A stretch of DNA of 47,644 nt from the NCBI GenBank assembly GCA_021791995.1, contig JAJYVN010000002.1, positions 1-47,644 on the forward strand, read 5' to 3'. Below the pieces are notes generated by a model. It did not search any database. It saw only the letters and a program-made list of their open reading frames with translations, and was not told the DNA's origin. Each line of letters opens with the position of its first letter. Positions within the stretch are counted from its first letter, which is position 1. Source of the stretch: Bacillota bacterium. Its GTDB lineage: Bacteria > Bacillota > Sulfobacillia > RBS10-35 > JAJYVN01. Both the position numbers and the translations under genes were made by a program. This document shows, piece after piece, positions 23,626 through 31,560 of this stretch.

Positions 23626-23874
23626 TCACCACCAGGAGACTGTGCTCCCCCACGTACCCGATCTCAACATCCATGCCTCGAGACTCAGTCGCCTCGTTAG
23701 ATGTTCCTTGGCTCTCCACAGAGCCGTCTCGCCCGGAATAGCCACGACCGCACCTTCCCCGGCTCTTGCCCTTGCCAACACCGCCTTGACCTCGTCCGCC
23801 ATCACAGACCATTGCCCCCTACGTCCGGTCCTGATCTTGACTCTGTTCACGGAAACCAACGCCACCCGCTCCAT
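23626..23874 (-). CDS. Hypothetical protein (82 aa)
   Basis: ATG 23874 is 5 nt after AAGGGGGTG. Third-position G/C is moderate. A second frame (MDVEIGYVGEHSLLVVTKG...) continues past its stop, so a frameshift is possible. Confidence 0.4.
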   Translation of the reverse strand: MERVALVSVNRVKIRTGRRGQWSVMADEVKAVLARARAGEGAVVAIPGETALWRAKEHLTRRLSLEAWMLRSGTWGSTVSWW

Positions 23875-24181
23875 ACTCGCACCCCCTTGCAAATGCTTCA
23901 GACCAACAGATCCACCAGACTTCATCACACCCTGATGCCAACTCCAACTCGCTTGCCCTGAGACACGAACCATTCGCCTGCCCTAGCCTCAGCCAGCCAT
24001 CAGCTAGCCTTCGCCTACAGCCCTTGCCCTTGGGAATCCTCTGGAGGTTCAGCCACCCCCGCCCCCCACAAACTGCTCCCCCTCCCTTTAGGCGGTCGAG
24101 GAAGTGTTGGTACGGAAGGGTTCAAACCCGCGAAGGCGCACCAGCAGTGGCTTTGGCCGCCCTCTCGGATGGTTGCGATGC

Positions 24182-24226
24182 GCTATGTCACGATCCGCTA
24201 TGTCACGGTGCGCTATGTCGCGATGC
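24182..24226. repeat. Three tandem 15-bp iterons (GCTATGTCACGATCC / GCTATGTCACGGTGC / GCTATGTCGCGATGC)
   Basis: Head-to-tail copies with a conserved GCTATGTC(A/G)CG core, 85 bp beyond the replication-relaxation gene stop. Confidence 0.8.
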
Positions 24227-24310
24227 GCCACAGTAGAGTGCGCGGGAGTAACGGTACGCGGCAGTACGATGCGCAACGGCCACCCGACCCCTGGCGTCGG
24301 CGATCACTCG

Positions 24311-25240
24311 TCAGCCACCCGTCGTCGGTCGGCGCGTGAGCGCCAGCCCGACAGCCTGGAGCAGATCCACGCTGCGGTTCCCAGCCACGGCCTCCACCGT
24401 CAGCTTGTCCACCCGCCACACGTCCTCCCGAATGAACATCGCCGGGAACAAGAGCAGGCTGGCCGCGGCTTCCTTCGCCAGGTTGTAGACGCTCTCCGAG
24501 TAGCCCTGGGTGTTCCCGAGCACATCGACGGAGAACAACACCTTGGGCTCTCGGGCGAAGCTCGCCTCCCAGACCCGCCCGTCGAAGTAGCGCTTGTACT
24601 TCGTCATCCGGTCATGGACGTCGCCGGGCCGCAGTGACCGCTCATGCTCCACCAACACAGCCGTGCCATTCCCGAACAGGAGCGCGGCATCCGGGCTGAC
24701 CTCAAGCCTCTGGCCGCCCACAGCCATCGGGTGAACTCGCTGCACCAGCCGCTTAGAGCCCCGCCAATCCACCGGCACTCCCGCACGCGCAGCGTGCCGG
24801 ATCACGGTCGTTGCCAGGTCGGCAATCGCCAACTGGTGAACGACGTTGTTCCGCGTACCAAACGCGGCATACGGAGGGTCCCAGTCCGGTTCTGCCGCCA
24901 ACGCGACCACGTTGCCATTCAGCACCAGCACCTCGAACCCGAGGCGAGTCAGGCCGTACACCCACGCGCTGGCCCGCCCCTCTGCAACGTCTTCTCGACA
25001 CCGGGCCAGCAGGCCGTGCATGTACAGCCGCAACAGCCTCTTGTTGGCCACGGCAATGCTCTGCTCAAACGGCAAGTGCCGCCGACCCAGGAAGGAGTGC
25101 TCAAGGAGCATGGCTAGCCCCTCAAGATCCCGCTCGGTAACCCAAAACTCCCCGGTCCCTCGGATCAACTCCCCGGCCTGGTGGGTTACGTCGGCGGTCT
25201 CCCACATCGGCCACACCCGCTGCCCCTTGCGCACCAGCAC
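24311..25240 (-). CDS. Replication-relaxation family protein (about 309 aa)
   Basis: wHTH-like N-terminus (VTERDLEGLAMLLEHSFLGRRHL...ANKRLLRLYMHGLLAR...VYGLTRLGFEVL), then NNVVHQLAIADL and PDAALLF blocks as I remember for PF13814. I chose GTG 25240, 4 nt after GGAGGAGG. ATG 25354 would translate the TGGCGCCA array (repeated KVLAPD). Confidence 0.7.
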   Translation of the reverse strand: MLVRKGQRVWPMWETADVTHQAGELIRGTGEFWVTERDLEGLAMLLEHSFLGRRHLPFEQSIAVANKRLLRLYMHGLLARCREDVAEGRASAWVYGLTRLGFEVLVLNGNVVALAAEPDWDPPYAAFGTRNNVVHQLAIADLATTVIRHAARAGVPVDWRGSKRLVQRVHPMAVGGQRLEVSPDAALLFGNGTAVLVEHERSLRPGDVHDRMTKYKRYFDGRVWEASFAREPKVLFSVDVLGNTQGYSESVYNLAKEAAASLLLFPAMFIREDVWRVDKLTVEAVAGNRSVDLLQAVGLALTRRPTTGG

Positions 25241-25279
25241 TTTTCCTCCTCCACACCAGACGCAGCTTCGGTAGACGTC

Positions 25280-25429
25280 TGGCGCCAGCACTTTTCCGCG
25301 TCCTGACGCGGAGAACGCAGCCTTCAACCGGCGATCTGGCGCCAAAACGGTCATGGCGCCAGGGCCTATGCGCCTCGTGAAGCGGAAAATCGCTGACGCC
25401 AAACCCCAACCGGCGCCAAATTGGCGTCT
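25280..25429. repeat. TGGCGCCA palindrome array A (3 perfect and 3 degenerate copies, one 24-bp composite unit)
   Basis: Perfect copies at 25280, 25337 and 25354. Degenerate copies at 25394, 25411 and 25422. The composite unit TGGCGCCAgcacTTTTCCGCGTCC is at 25280-25303. Confidence 0.85.
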
Positions 25430-25495
25430 GGTTCGCCGCGCCCTCATATCGCCAACCAACGGCGAGGGGGCGGCCCCTGCGACCGCCCCCTCGTA

Positions 25496-28400
25496 CTACC
25501 TTGCAGCCTTGACCGGCTCCGCCATGAGCGCCACCAGCTCGTCGACGCTGGCCACCTCCGGATGCTCCTGGTAGGTGTCCGCCGCATCCGACACGTCGAC
25601 CTTACGCGCGACGAGCTCCTGCCGGAGTTCGTTTACGCCCTTATGCAGCTTCGTTGCCAAAGGCCGAAGGATCCGGTCCTCCCGCTTCAAGCCGGCGACA
25701 CGTCGTACCCGAGTCAGCGCCTGATTGGCCAGCATGTTGTTCGTGTTCAAGGCCCACTGACAGGCACCGATCAAGTCCTCGTCGCTCGCCCCGACCTGCG
25801 CCGCCGCCTGCACCAACCGTGCGGGCGTCATCGCGAACCGCAGGCAGAACATCTTACGGGGATCGTGCTCCCTCCAGGAGTCTGGCCCCGTCGACGTCTT
25901 CTGCCCCGTGCTCGCCTTGGCGGTACTGTCGGCGATCGGCGAAGCCGCGAGGGCCGCCGCCCGCGGCGCGTCACCCGAGGCGGACGGCGCGTCACTCAAC
26001 ATAGCCACGTCGGGGCGCCGCCCCTTCTTCGTCGGCTTCACCCGGTACATTTCCGCGTCTGCACGGCCGACCGTGTCAGCAAGGAGTTCGCCGGGCTTCT
26101 GAAGCGCCACGCCAACACTGGCAGGGACAAGCGACTCGTCCAACTCGCGACGGATGCGCTCCAGCCACGAGTCAAGACCCTCCTCCGGCATTCCCCGAGC
26201 CAGGATGGCGAACTCGTCGCCGCCGATCCGCGCCGCGATGTCCCGCTGCCGTGTAACCCGGCCGATCGCCTCGCCCGCCCGGCGAATGAGCCTATCGCCC
26301 GCCGCATGACCACCGTGGTTGTTGACCCCCGTGAGGTCGTTCAGGTCGATAAAAGCCACTGCGTTCTGCCCGTCGGGCGCAGTCTCCACCGCGCGCTCCC
26401 ACACACGGCGGTTGAACAGCCCCGTCAGTTCGTCCCGCCCTTGGTCCAGCAGCCGCTGCACAACGTCCTCTCCCAAAACCAGAGACGCCAGATCGGGGCC
26501 CACCTCTGCGCTCCGCTTGGTGGAACCGACGCCTGCCGGGAGTTCGGCAGAGGGCTTGGGCGCGTCAATCTCCAGCGCGCCCGCCTGGGTGTTGGGGGCG
26601 GCCAACTGCTCAGGAGCAAGGTCGATGATCAGTTCCACTTCCTCGTCCGCCACGGTCATCACTTCCTCCTCCGCGTCGCCTCGACGCGCAAGCAGTGTCT
26701 GCGTCTCAAGGTGCGCCTGGCGCCAGTCCTCCCGGTAGAACCTCTCCCAGTTGATCGTCTTGGCGTAGAAAGCCGGCTGGATGGCACCGTTCACCATCCA
26801 CTGGCAGATCGACGTGAACTTCGGCAGGCGGATGATATCGTCCACTCCCAGGTTGATCGCGTCCTGGCTCTCCGCATTCACCTGGACGGCGTTCGCCCAC
26901 GTGCGCATGAAGCGCTGCATGAAGTCCTTGGCCTCATCAAGAAGCTGGAACTGGTGGACGATCACGTTCTGGATGAGCTGGCGAAGCCCGGCGACGACCC
27001 TCTCGCTCTCGATCTCCGCCAGGAACCGAATGGCCAAGGTCACCTGCAGGCCGTACGCTCGGCCCTCGGCGAGCATGTTGAGGAACCCTTCCGACAGGTA
27101 GTTCTGGGCTTCGTCCAGGATCAAGCTCACGCGGACGCGCTCACGCTCCTCGATCTCGTTCTGGGCCTGCATGGCGTACCACAGCAGGGTCACCACGAAG
27201 ATGCCCAGGAGACGCACTCCGGCGTCCCCCAGGCGTGACTTGTCCAAGTTGACGATGAGCACGTCCCGGTCCTTGATGATCTTTCGGAAGTCGAGTTGGC
27301 GCCGGCCGTTACCGGCCTCAAGCGCCTGCCGCACGAGCCGGTTCCGCAAGAGCTCGTCCAGCTTGTTGCGTGGCGCTGCCAACCCCTCTTCAAGGAACCG
27401 TTGGTTGCCCTGCATGGCCTGTATGAACGTCCGCTGCCAGTAGTCCTTGAGGTGGTCGTCCCTCACGTGTTGGATCACCCGGTTGCGAAACTCCCCATCC
27501 GTGAGGATCTCGTACACCTTGGTGAAATCGGCGTCTGGGCCCAGCACTTCCTTGACCGCACCGATGGCGTTGCCAAGGAACTCACGGCTCCGAAACTGGA
27601 TGGCCTGGTCGCCGAAGACCTCCTGCATGGCGTTCAGCACGTTCTCCTGCATCACGTCATCGTTGATCGACGCTTGCAGCGGATTGATCGTCCACGGGCA
27701 GTCCGGCATGCCGGGTGCGAAGTAGACCACGCTTCGGTCCGGCGGCACCATGCCCAGCGCTCGCTTCGAGGTGTCCTTGCCGATGTCGATGAGCACGACG
27801 CACTTCGGCTGGCCCTGCGCATCCCGGTAGTACACGTCCGAGCGGAACAAGGAGAGCTCGTCCGTCGTCTTGCCAGAGCCCTGGGCTCCCACGAGTAGGA
27901 CGCCTGCCTCACGGTCTCCCTCGGGCACCACGAGTCGGTCGTCGCTCTCCTGGTCCAGCACCATCGCCCTGGCGTCCTCCGCAACCCGCGGAATGGAGCG
28001 CGGCGCCGGCGCCCGGCGCACGTAGTACCGGACGAGCGTATTCACCCGCAGCCGGTTGGTCGGCAGGTGGATGATGGTCGCCAGCGGGAACGAAAACATG
28101 ATCGACGGCCGGAAGGCGATGAGGCTCGGAAGCCTTGAGTAGAACCACTCCACCCAGGCCGAGCGAAACGCCCACACCGTCGTAGCCCGGAACGTGTTTT
28201 CGCCATCGGCCTCACACAGAGCGCCGTAGACCCTCTGGACCGTCTCCCAGTTCTCAGCGCCGAGCCGGATCTCCACGCGAAACGCCTTCTTGCCGTACAG
28301 TTGCAGGCTGTCCTTGACCGCCTGCGACTCCGCGTACCCCACGCCAGGAGCGGCCGGATCGACCTGCTGCACAGCCTTTGCCGAGTGCTCCATGCCCCTG

Positions 28401-29161
28401 ATCTCGTTGCGGAGCCGGGTGTGCAACTGCTCCGACGGCAACGGGGTCAGGTGGAACTGCAAGTGGGCGGCCCCATCCGCACGGTCCAGGCTCTGCACCA
28501 CCGTCTCCACGACGCTGTTCTGATAGTCCTTCACGGTCTCCGTAGCGTGGCGCCAGTGCTTGGACAACACGATTTGCTGAGTAACCGGCCACCGAACGAA
28601 CTCGTCGGTCCACGGCCGAAACCTGATATTCGTGTACTTGGAACGGAACGTGTCCTCGAGCACCCTCAGCCAGTCCTGCTGGTAGCTGGGGGCGGACAGC
28701 AGGAAGTGGATCATGTGGTCCTGCGTGCGCACGATCTCGAAGGTGAAGAAGTCCTGGCCCACTCCGCTACGCACGTAGCGCGTCAGCATCTGGCCATGGA
28801 TGGCGTCCAAGGCCGACATGATCTCGTACGGCTCCGCTGTGTCGTTCGGACCCAGGATGATCTCGTCCACCCTGACCGACCGTGCTCGCATACGTCGCCG
28901 CATGAGGCGTATCACCAAGGCCGACGCCAACGCCAGAGCCACAACCGCGCCAAGAGCCAATCCAAGCAAGAGCGCGAGATGCCCGACGTCTACTTGCACG
29001 CGCGCCGCCACGTGGGCTGTCGGCGTGCGTACCAGCCGTGGGCTCTTCACGCGCGCGGTGACGTGTCGCCAGAGCCAAACGACGCCCGCCACCAGGCCGG
29101 CAACCCAGATCAGAACCGTGGCCTCGCTGCCCGACGACCCCCTTCGGTCCGAACCGTCCAC
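25496..29161 (-). CDS. Type IV coupling-protein-like membrane ATPase fused to a GGDEF diguanylate cyclase domain (1221 aa)
   Basis: GTG 29161 follows TAAGGGGGT. There are two N-terminal hydrophobic helices. Walker A is VGAQGSGKTT (aa 424-433) and Walker B is SLILDEAQ (aa 679-686). The GGDEF domain spans aa ~905-1045 (DNA ~26027-26449), with RIGGDEFAIL and RQRD (RxxD) five residues upstream. The last ~175 aa are unassigned. Confidence 0.8.
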   Translation of the reverse strand: MDGSDRRGSSGSEATVLIWVAGLVAGVVWLWRHVTARVKSPRLVRTPTAHVAARVQVDVGHLALLLGLALGAVVALALASALVIRLMRRRMRARSVRVDEIILGPNDTAEPYEIMSALDAIHGQMLTRYVRSGVGQDFFTFEIVRTQDHMIHFLLSAPSYQQDWLRVLEDTFRSKYTNIRFRPWTDEFVRWPVTQQIVLSKHWRHATETVKDYQNSVVETVVQSLDRADGAAHLQFHLTPLPSEQLHTRLRNEIRGMEHSAKAVQQVDPAAPGVGYAESQAVKDSLQLYGKKAFRVEIRLGAENWETVQRVYGALCEADGENTFRATTVWAFRSAWVEWFYSRLPSLIAFRPSIMFSFPLATIIHLPTNRLRVNTLVRYYVRRAPAPRSIPRVAEDARAMVLDQESDDRLVVPEGDREAGVLLVGAQGSGKTTDELSLFRSDVYYRDAQGQPKCVVLIDIGKDTSKRALGMVPPDRSVVYFAPGMPDCPWTINPLQASINDDVMQENVLNAMQEVFGDQAIQFRSREFLGNAIGAVKEVLGPDADFTKVYEILTDGEFRNRVIQHVRDDHLKDYWQRTFIQAMQGNQRFLEEGLAAPRNKLDELLRNRLVRQALEAGNGRRQLDFRKIIKDRDVLIVNLDKSRLGDAGVRLLGIFVVTLLWYAMQAQNEIEERERVRVSLILDEAQNYLSEGFLNMLAEGRAYGLQVTLAIRFLAEIESERVVAGLRQLIQNVIVHQFQLLDEAKDFMQRFMRTWANAVQVNAESQDAINLGVDDIIRLPKFTSICQWMVNGAIQPAFYAKTINWERFYREDWRQAHLETQTLLARRGDAEEEVMTVADEEVELIIDLAPEQLAAPNTQAGALEIDAPKPSAELPAGVGSTKRSAEVGPDLASLVLGEDVVQRLLDQGRDELTGLFNRRVWERAVETAPDGQNAVAFIDLNDLTGVNNHGGHAAGDRLIRRAGEAIGRVTRQRDIAARIGGDEFAILARGMPEEGLDSWLERIRRELDESLVPASVGVALQKPGELLADTVGRADAEMYRVKPTKKGRRPDVAMLSDAPSASGDAPRAAALAASPIADSTAKASTGQKTSTGPDSWREHDPRKMFCLRFAMTPARLVQAAAQVGASDEDLIGACQWALNTNNMLANQALTRVRRVAGLKREDRILRPLATKLHKGVNELRQELVARKVDVSDAADTYQEHPEVASVDELVALMAEPVKAAR

Positions 29162-29173
29162 AAGTAGACCCCC

Positions 29174-29677
29174 TTAGGCGCCAGGAACATCGATCTCCAG
29201 GCGGTCTCCCTCCACGAGTTGGACCAAGGGTGCAAGCGGTCGTCCCTGGCCAGGCCGTCGCGCCAGGTCTTCAGCCTTTACACCTATCGCAGCCGGGAAC
29301 GCCTCGTTGGCGACTGAGGAAGACCCGTGCGAGGCAGGCGGCTGATCTGGCCCCTCGTCCAGACTCGCACCCACTGGCGCTGTGTCGTCAGGAACCACCG
29401 GTGCACGCTCCTCAAGCGCGGCCCAGACGTGGTCGATCCGACCCGACAGCTCGTCCGTCCGGTGGTCGATCTCTGCCCTGAGCACCGCTTCGAGGGCTGA
29501 AATGCGCGAGTTGTAGTCCATCCACCTCGCGGCCTCGATACCGGCACGCCTCAACGCCTCAGCCCTGCCCACGCGCCAGCGGGCGCAGAGCAGATCCACG
29601 GCCTCAAGCTCCTCACCTTCGAGTCGCACGTTGACACGTGTGGTCGTCCCCGTCCCAGTTTCAGTCTCCGGCGTCAT
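29174..29677 (-). CDS. Ribbon-helix-helix DNA-binding protein (167 aa)
   Basis: ATG 29677 follows GGAGGGAAGG. The RHH core is TRVNVRLEGEELEAVDLLCARWRVGRAEALRRAGIEAA. The gene is directly upstream of the coupling-protein gene. Confidence 0.7.
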   Translation of the reverse strand: MTPETETGTGTTTRVNVRLEGEELEAVDLLCARWRVGRAEALRRAGIEAARWMDYNSRISALEAVLRAEIDHRTDELSGRIDHVWAALEERAPVVPDDTAPVGASLDEGPDQPPASHGSSSVANEAFPAAIGVKAEDLARRPGQGRPLAPLVQLVEGDRLEIDVPGA

Positions 29678-29704
29678 GCCTTCCCTCCGATCCAAGCGAA
29701 GCCT

Positions 29705-30081
29705 TGGCGCCACGGGTTTGGCCCGTAACCGCACGGAAAACAGGTCACCAGACGAGGGACTGGGCGCCAACCAAGCCGTGGCGCCAGGAGTTTTCCGCGC
29801 CACTACGCGGAAAATCGGTGGCGCCAAAGCCAGTCTGGCGCCAATTCGGCGCCTGGCGTCTCGACCGGATGTTGCGCAGCCCTTCGGGATGCCTCTGGTA
29901 CACGCACCCGGCTCAAGCGCTCACGACGCCGTGGCGCCAGGCGTTTTGCGCGTCACGGCGCTGAAATCCGGCACTCGGAGGAGCATCCTGGCGCCAGTTC
30001 ACCCCTGGCGCCACGAGTTTTCCGCGCCATGAAGCCAAAAACTCTAGGCGCCAGACTTCTTTTGGCGCCAGATTGGCGCCT
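29705..30081. repeat. TGGCGCCA palindrome array B (8 perfect and 5 one-mismatch copies; three 24-bp composite units)
   Basis: Perfect copies at 29705, 29779, 29819, 29836, 29932, 29989, 30006 and 30063. Variants at 29762, 29847, 29853, 30046 and 30074. Composite units at 29779-29802, 29932-29955 and 30006-30029. An inverted repeat TTTTCCGCG-N6-CGCGGAAAA is at 29791-29814. Confidence 0.9.
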
Positions 30082-30086
30082 CCGCC

Positions 30087-30443
30087 TCAGTCCTCGTCCG
30101 CTCCGCCGAAAGCCCCCAAAAGCCCGCCAGCCACCTGTGTCATGTCGACTCCTAGTGTAGACGGCGTACCCCGGTCTCCGACCTGCCCCTCGAACCGTCG
30201 CTGTTGGGCCAGGGCAATGACCAGCGTCTCCAAATGGTCAAGGCGGTCAAGCACCAGCCCCTGCCCGTCGAGAGCCAGCAAAGCTGCCTCCACCACACGG
30301 GTCCGGGTACCCAGCCGCCTCGCCAGCCGATCCAGAATGGCCATCGCCCGCACATCCAGGCGAATGGACACGTGAGTCCGCACACCATCAGAAGCCTGGC
30401 GCGACAAGCCTTTCACCCCCGCCAAGAGGTTCTCTCGTAACAC
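30087..30443 (-). CDS. Ribbon-helix-helix protein, ParR-like by position (up to 118 aa)
   Basis: RHH core HVSIRLDVRAMAILDRLARRLGTRTRVVEAALLAL, immediately downstream of parM. The start is uncertain because several in-frame GTGs lack a good RBS. Confidence 0.55.
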   Translation of the reverse strand: MLRENLLAGVKGLSRQASDGVRTHVSIRLDVRAMAILDRLARRLGTRTRVVEAALLALDGQGLVLDRLDHLETLVIALAQQRRFEGQVGDRGTPSTLGVDMTQVAGGLLGAFGGADED

Positions 30444-30543
30444 GCAACGGTCTGCCTGAAGTGTGTGGCACGGATGGACCGTGCCGCACGGCGAACAGCG
30501 ACTACTCGCATGGCTTCACGCTGTGCCACAAGCACAGCGGAGG

Positions 30544-31560
30544 CTACGCGGGTGCCGTCGACCTGGAAGCCGCGAGCATCGCCGCGTACCCCCGGGCGTT
30601 GGCGCCCGCGGCCTCCTCCAGCAACTCAGCGCTCTCAAACGCCCCGGCGAGGTGTGGGTACAGCAACACGCCGCCCCCACCGACGACAAGGACCGTGGAC
30701 ACCTGATTGAAGGCGGAGCCCCACGCCTCCTTGAGCCTGCCGGCGATTTCCGCGGCCAGATCGCCGCTCGTAGAGCGAACGCGCTCGTCCACATCTACCT
30801 TTCGGCCGCGTACGGACAGCGGCCGCGAGTCCAGCACCGCCTGCTCCACCTCGCTTGGGTCGAGCATCGTAGAGGTCTCGTGCGAAATCTCCTGAGCCAC
30901 CGTCGCGTAGACACGCTCGACGCCGATGTCGAGGCTCCCGCTCACGCGCTCGTCCGGTCTCGCCAGGCGCTCGCCGGGAGCGAGACGGAGAAGCATGTGG
31001 TCCGTCGTGCGATAGCCGACGTCCACAACGGCGCACGGCTCAAGCGCCAAGTCCGGCCTACGGCTCACCGCGGCAAAGTACGCCGCTGCCGACTGGGGAA
31101 ACACCCGCACGGTGCCAATCCGGATAGGAACGAGAGGGCCGTCGTCCACGCTCACCATCATCTGCGCGCCAGCAAGACGCCCCCGCAGCTCTCGCCGCTC
31201 GGCCACGGCGGTGTACAGGCTCAGCGGCAGACCCACGGCCAAGGAGACGTCACCGGAGACGTCCAGGAGACGCAGCGCGGTAAAGACCAACTGAACGTAG
31301 TCCTGCCGCCTGGCGGCTTGCGCGTCCCACGTACGGGCGCCTCCGGCAAAGAGCGCGGCACTGCCCACGAGGGCTGTGTCCGCTTGCGCCAAGGCGCCAT
31401 CGCTCAGAACCAGTCGGTGCGGTAGCGACCGGCCGCCCAACGCGGCAGTCAGCTCGCCACCGGTCCGCCCGCGTACCACGACGCTAGGGAAGGAGACCCG
31501 GAGGCCGTCTTCCCGAGCCGCCTTCGTGTACCCGTACCCCACATCTACCCCAACAATCAC
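30544..31560 (-). CDS. parM: ParM/StbA-family actin-like segregation ATPase (338 aa)
   Basis: Starts MIVGVDVGYGYTKAA (phosphate-1 loop), with a later VVDVGYRTTD block. The GTG start overlaps the EAL gene stop (GTGA). Confidence 0.8.
   Translation of the reverse strand: MIVGVDVGYGYTKAAREDGLRVSFPSVVVRGRTGGELTAALGGRSLPHRLVLSDGALAQADTALVGSAALFAGGARTWDAQAARRQDYVQLVFTALRLLDVSGDVSLAVGLPLSLYTAVAERRELRGRLAGAQMMVSVDDGPLVPIRIGTVRVFPQSAAAYFAAVSRRPDLALEPCAVVDVGYRTTDHMLLRLAPGERLARPDERVSGSLDIGVERVYATVAQEISHETSTMLDPSEVEQAVLDSRPLSVRGRKVDVDERVRSTSGDLAAEIAGRLKEAWGSAFNQVSTVLVVGGGGVLLYPHLAGAFESAELLEEAAGANARGYAAMLAASRSTAPA

Noticed and set aside
24095-24151. tRNA or tmRNA 3'-end look-alike (GGGTTCAAACCC...GCGCACCA), considered as a possible att site.
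   Set aside because: The T-stem forms only 2-3 bp, no complementary acceptor 5' strand occurs upstream, and I could find no matching direct repeat elsewhere in the window.
29705-30081. Whether the TGGCGCCA arrays or the 15-bp and 7-bp tandem repeats (24182-24226, 37044-37071) are CRISPR arrays.
   Set aside because: The repeat units are 7-24 bp with irregular or zero spacing. There are no unique spacers of 25-40 bp and no cas genes.
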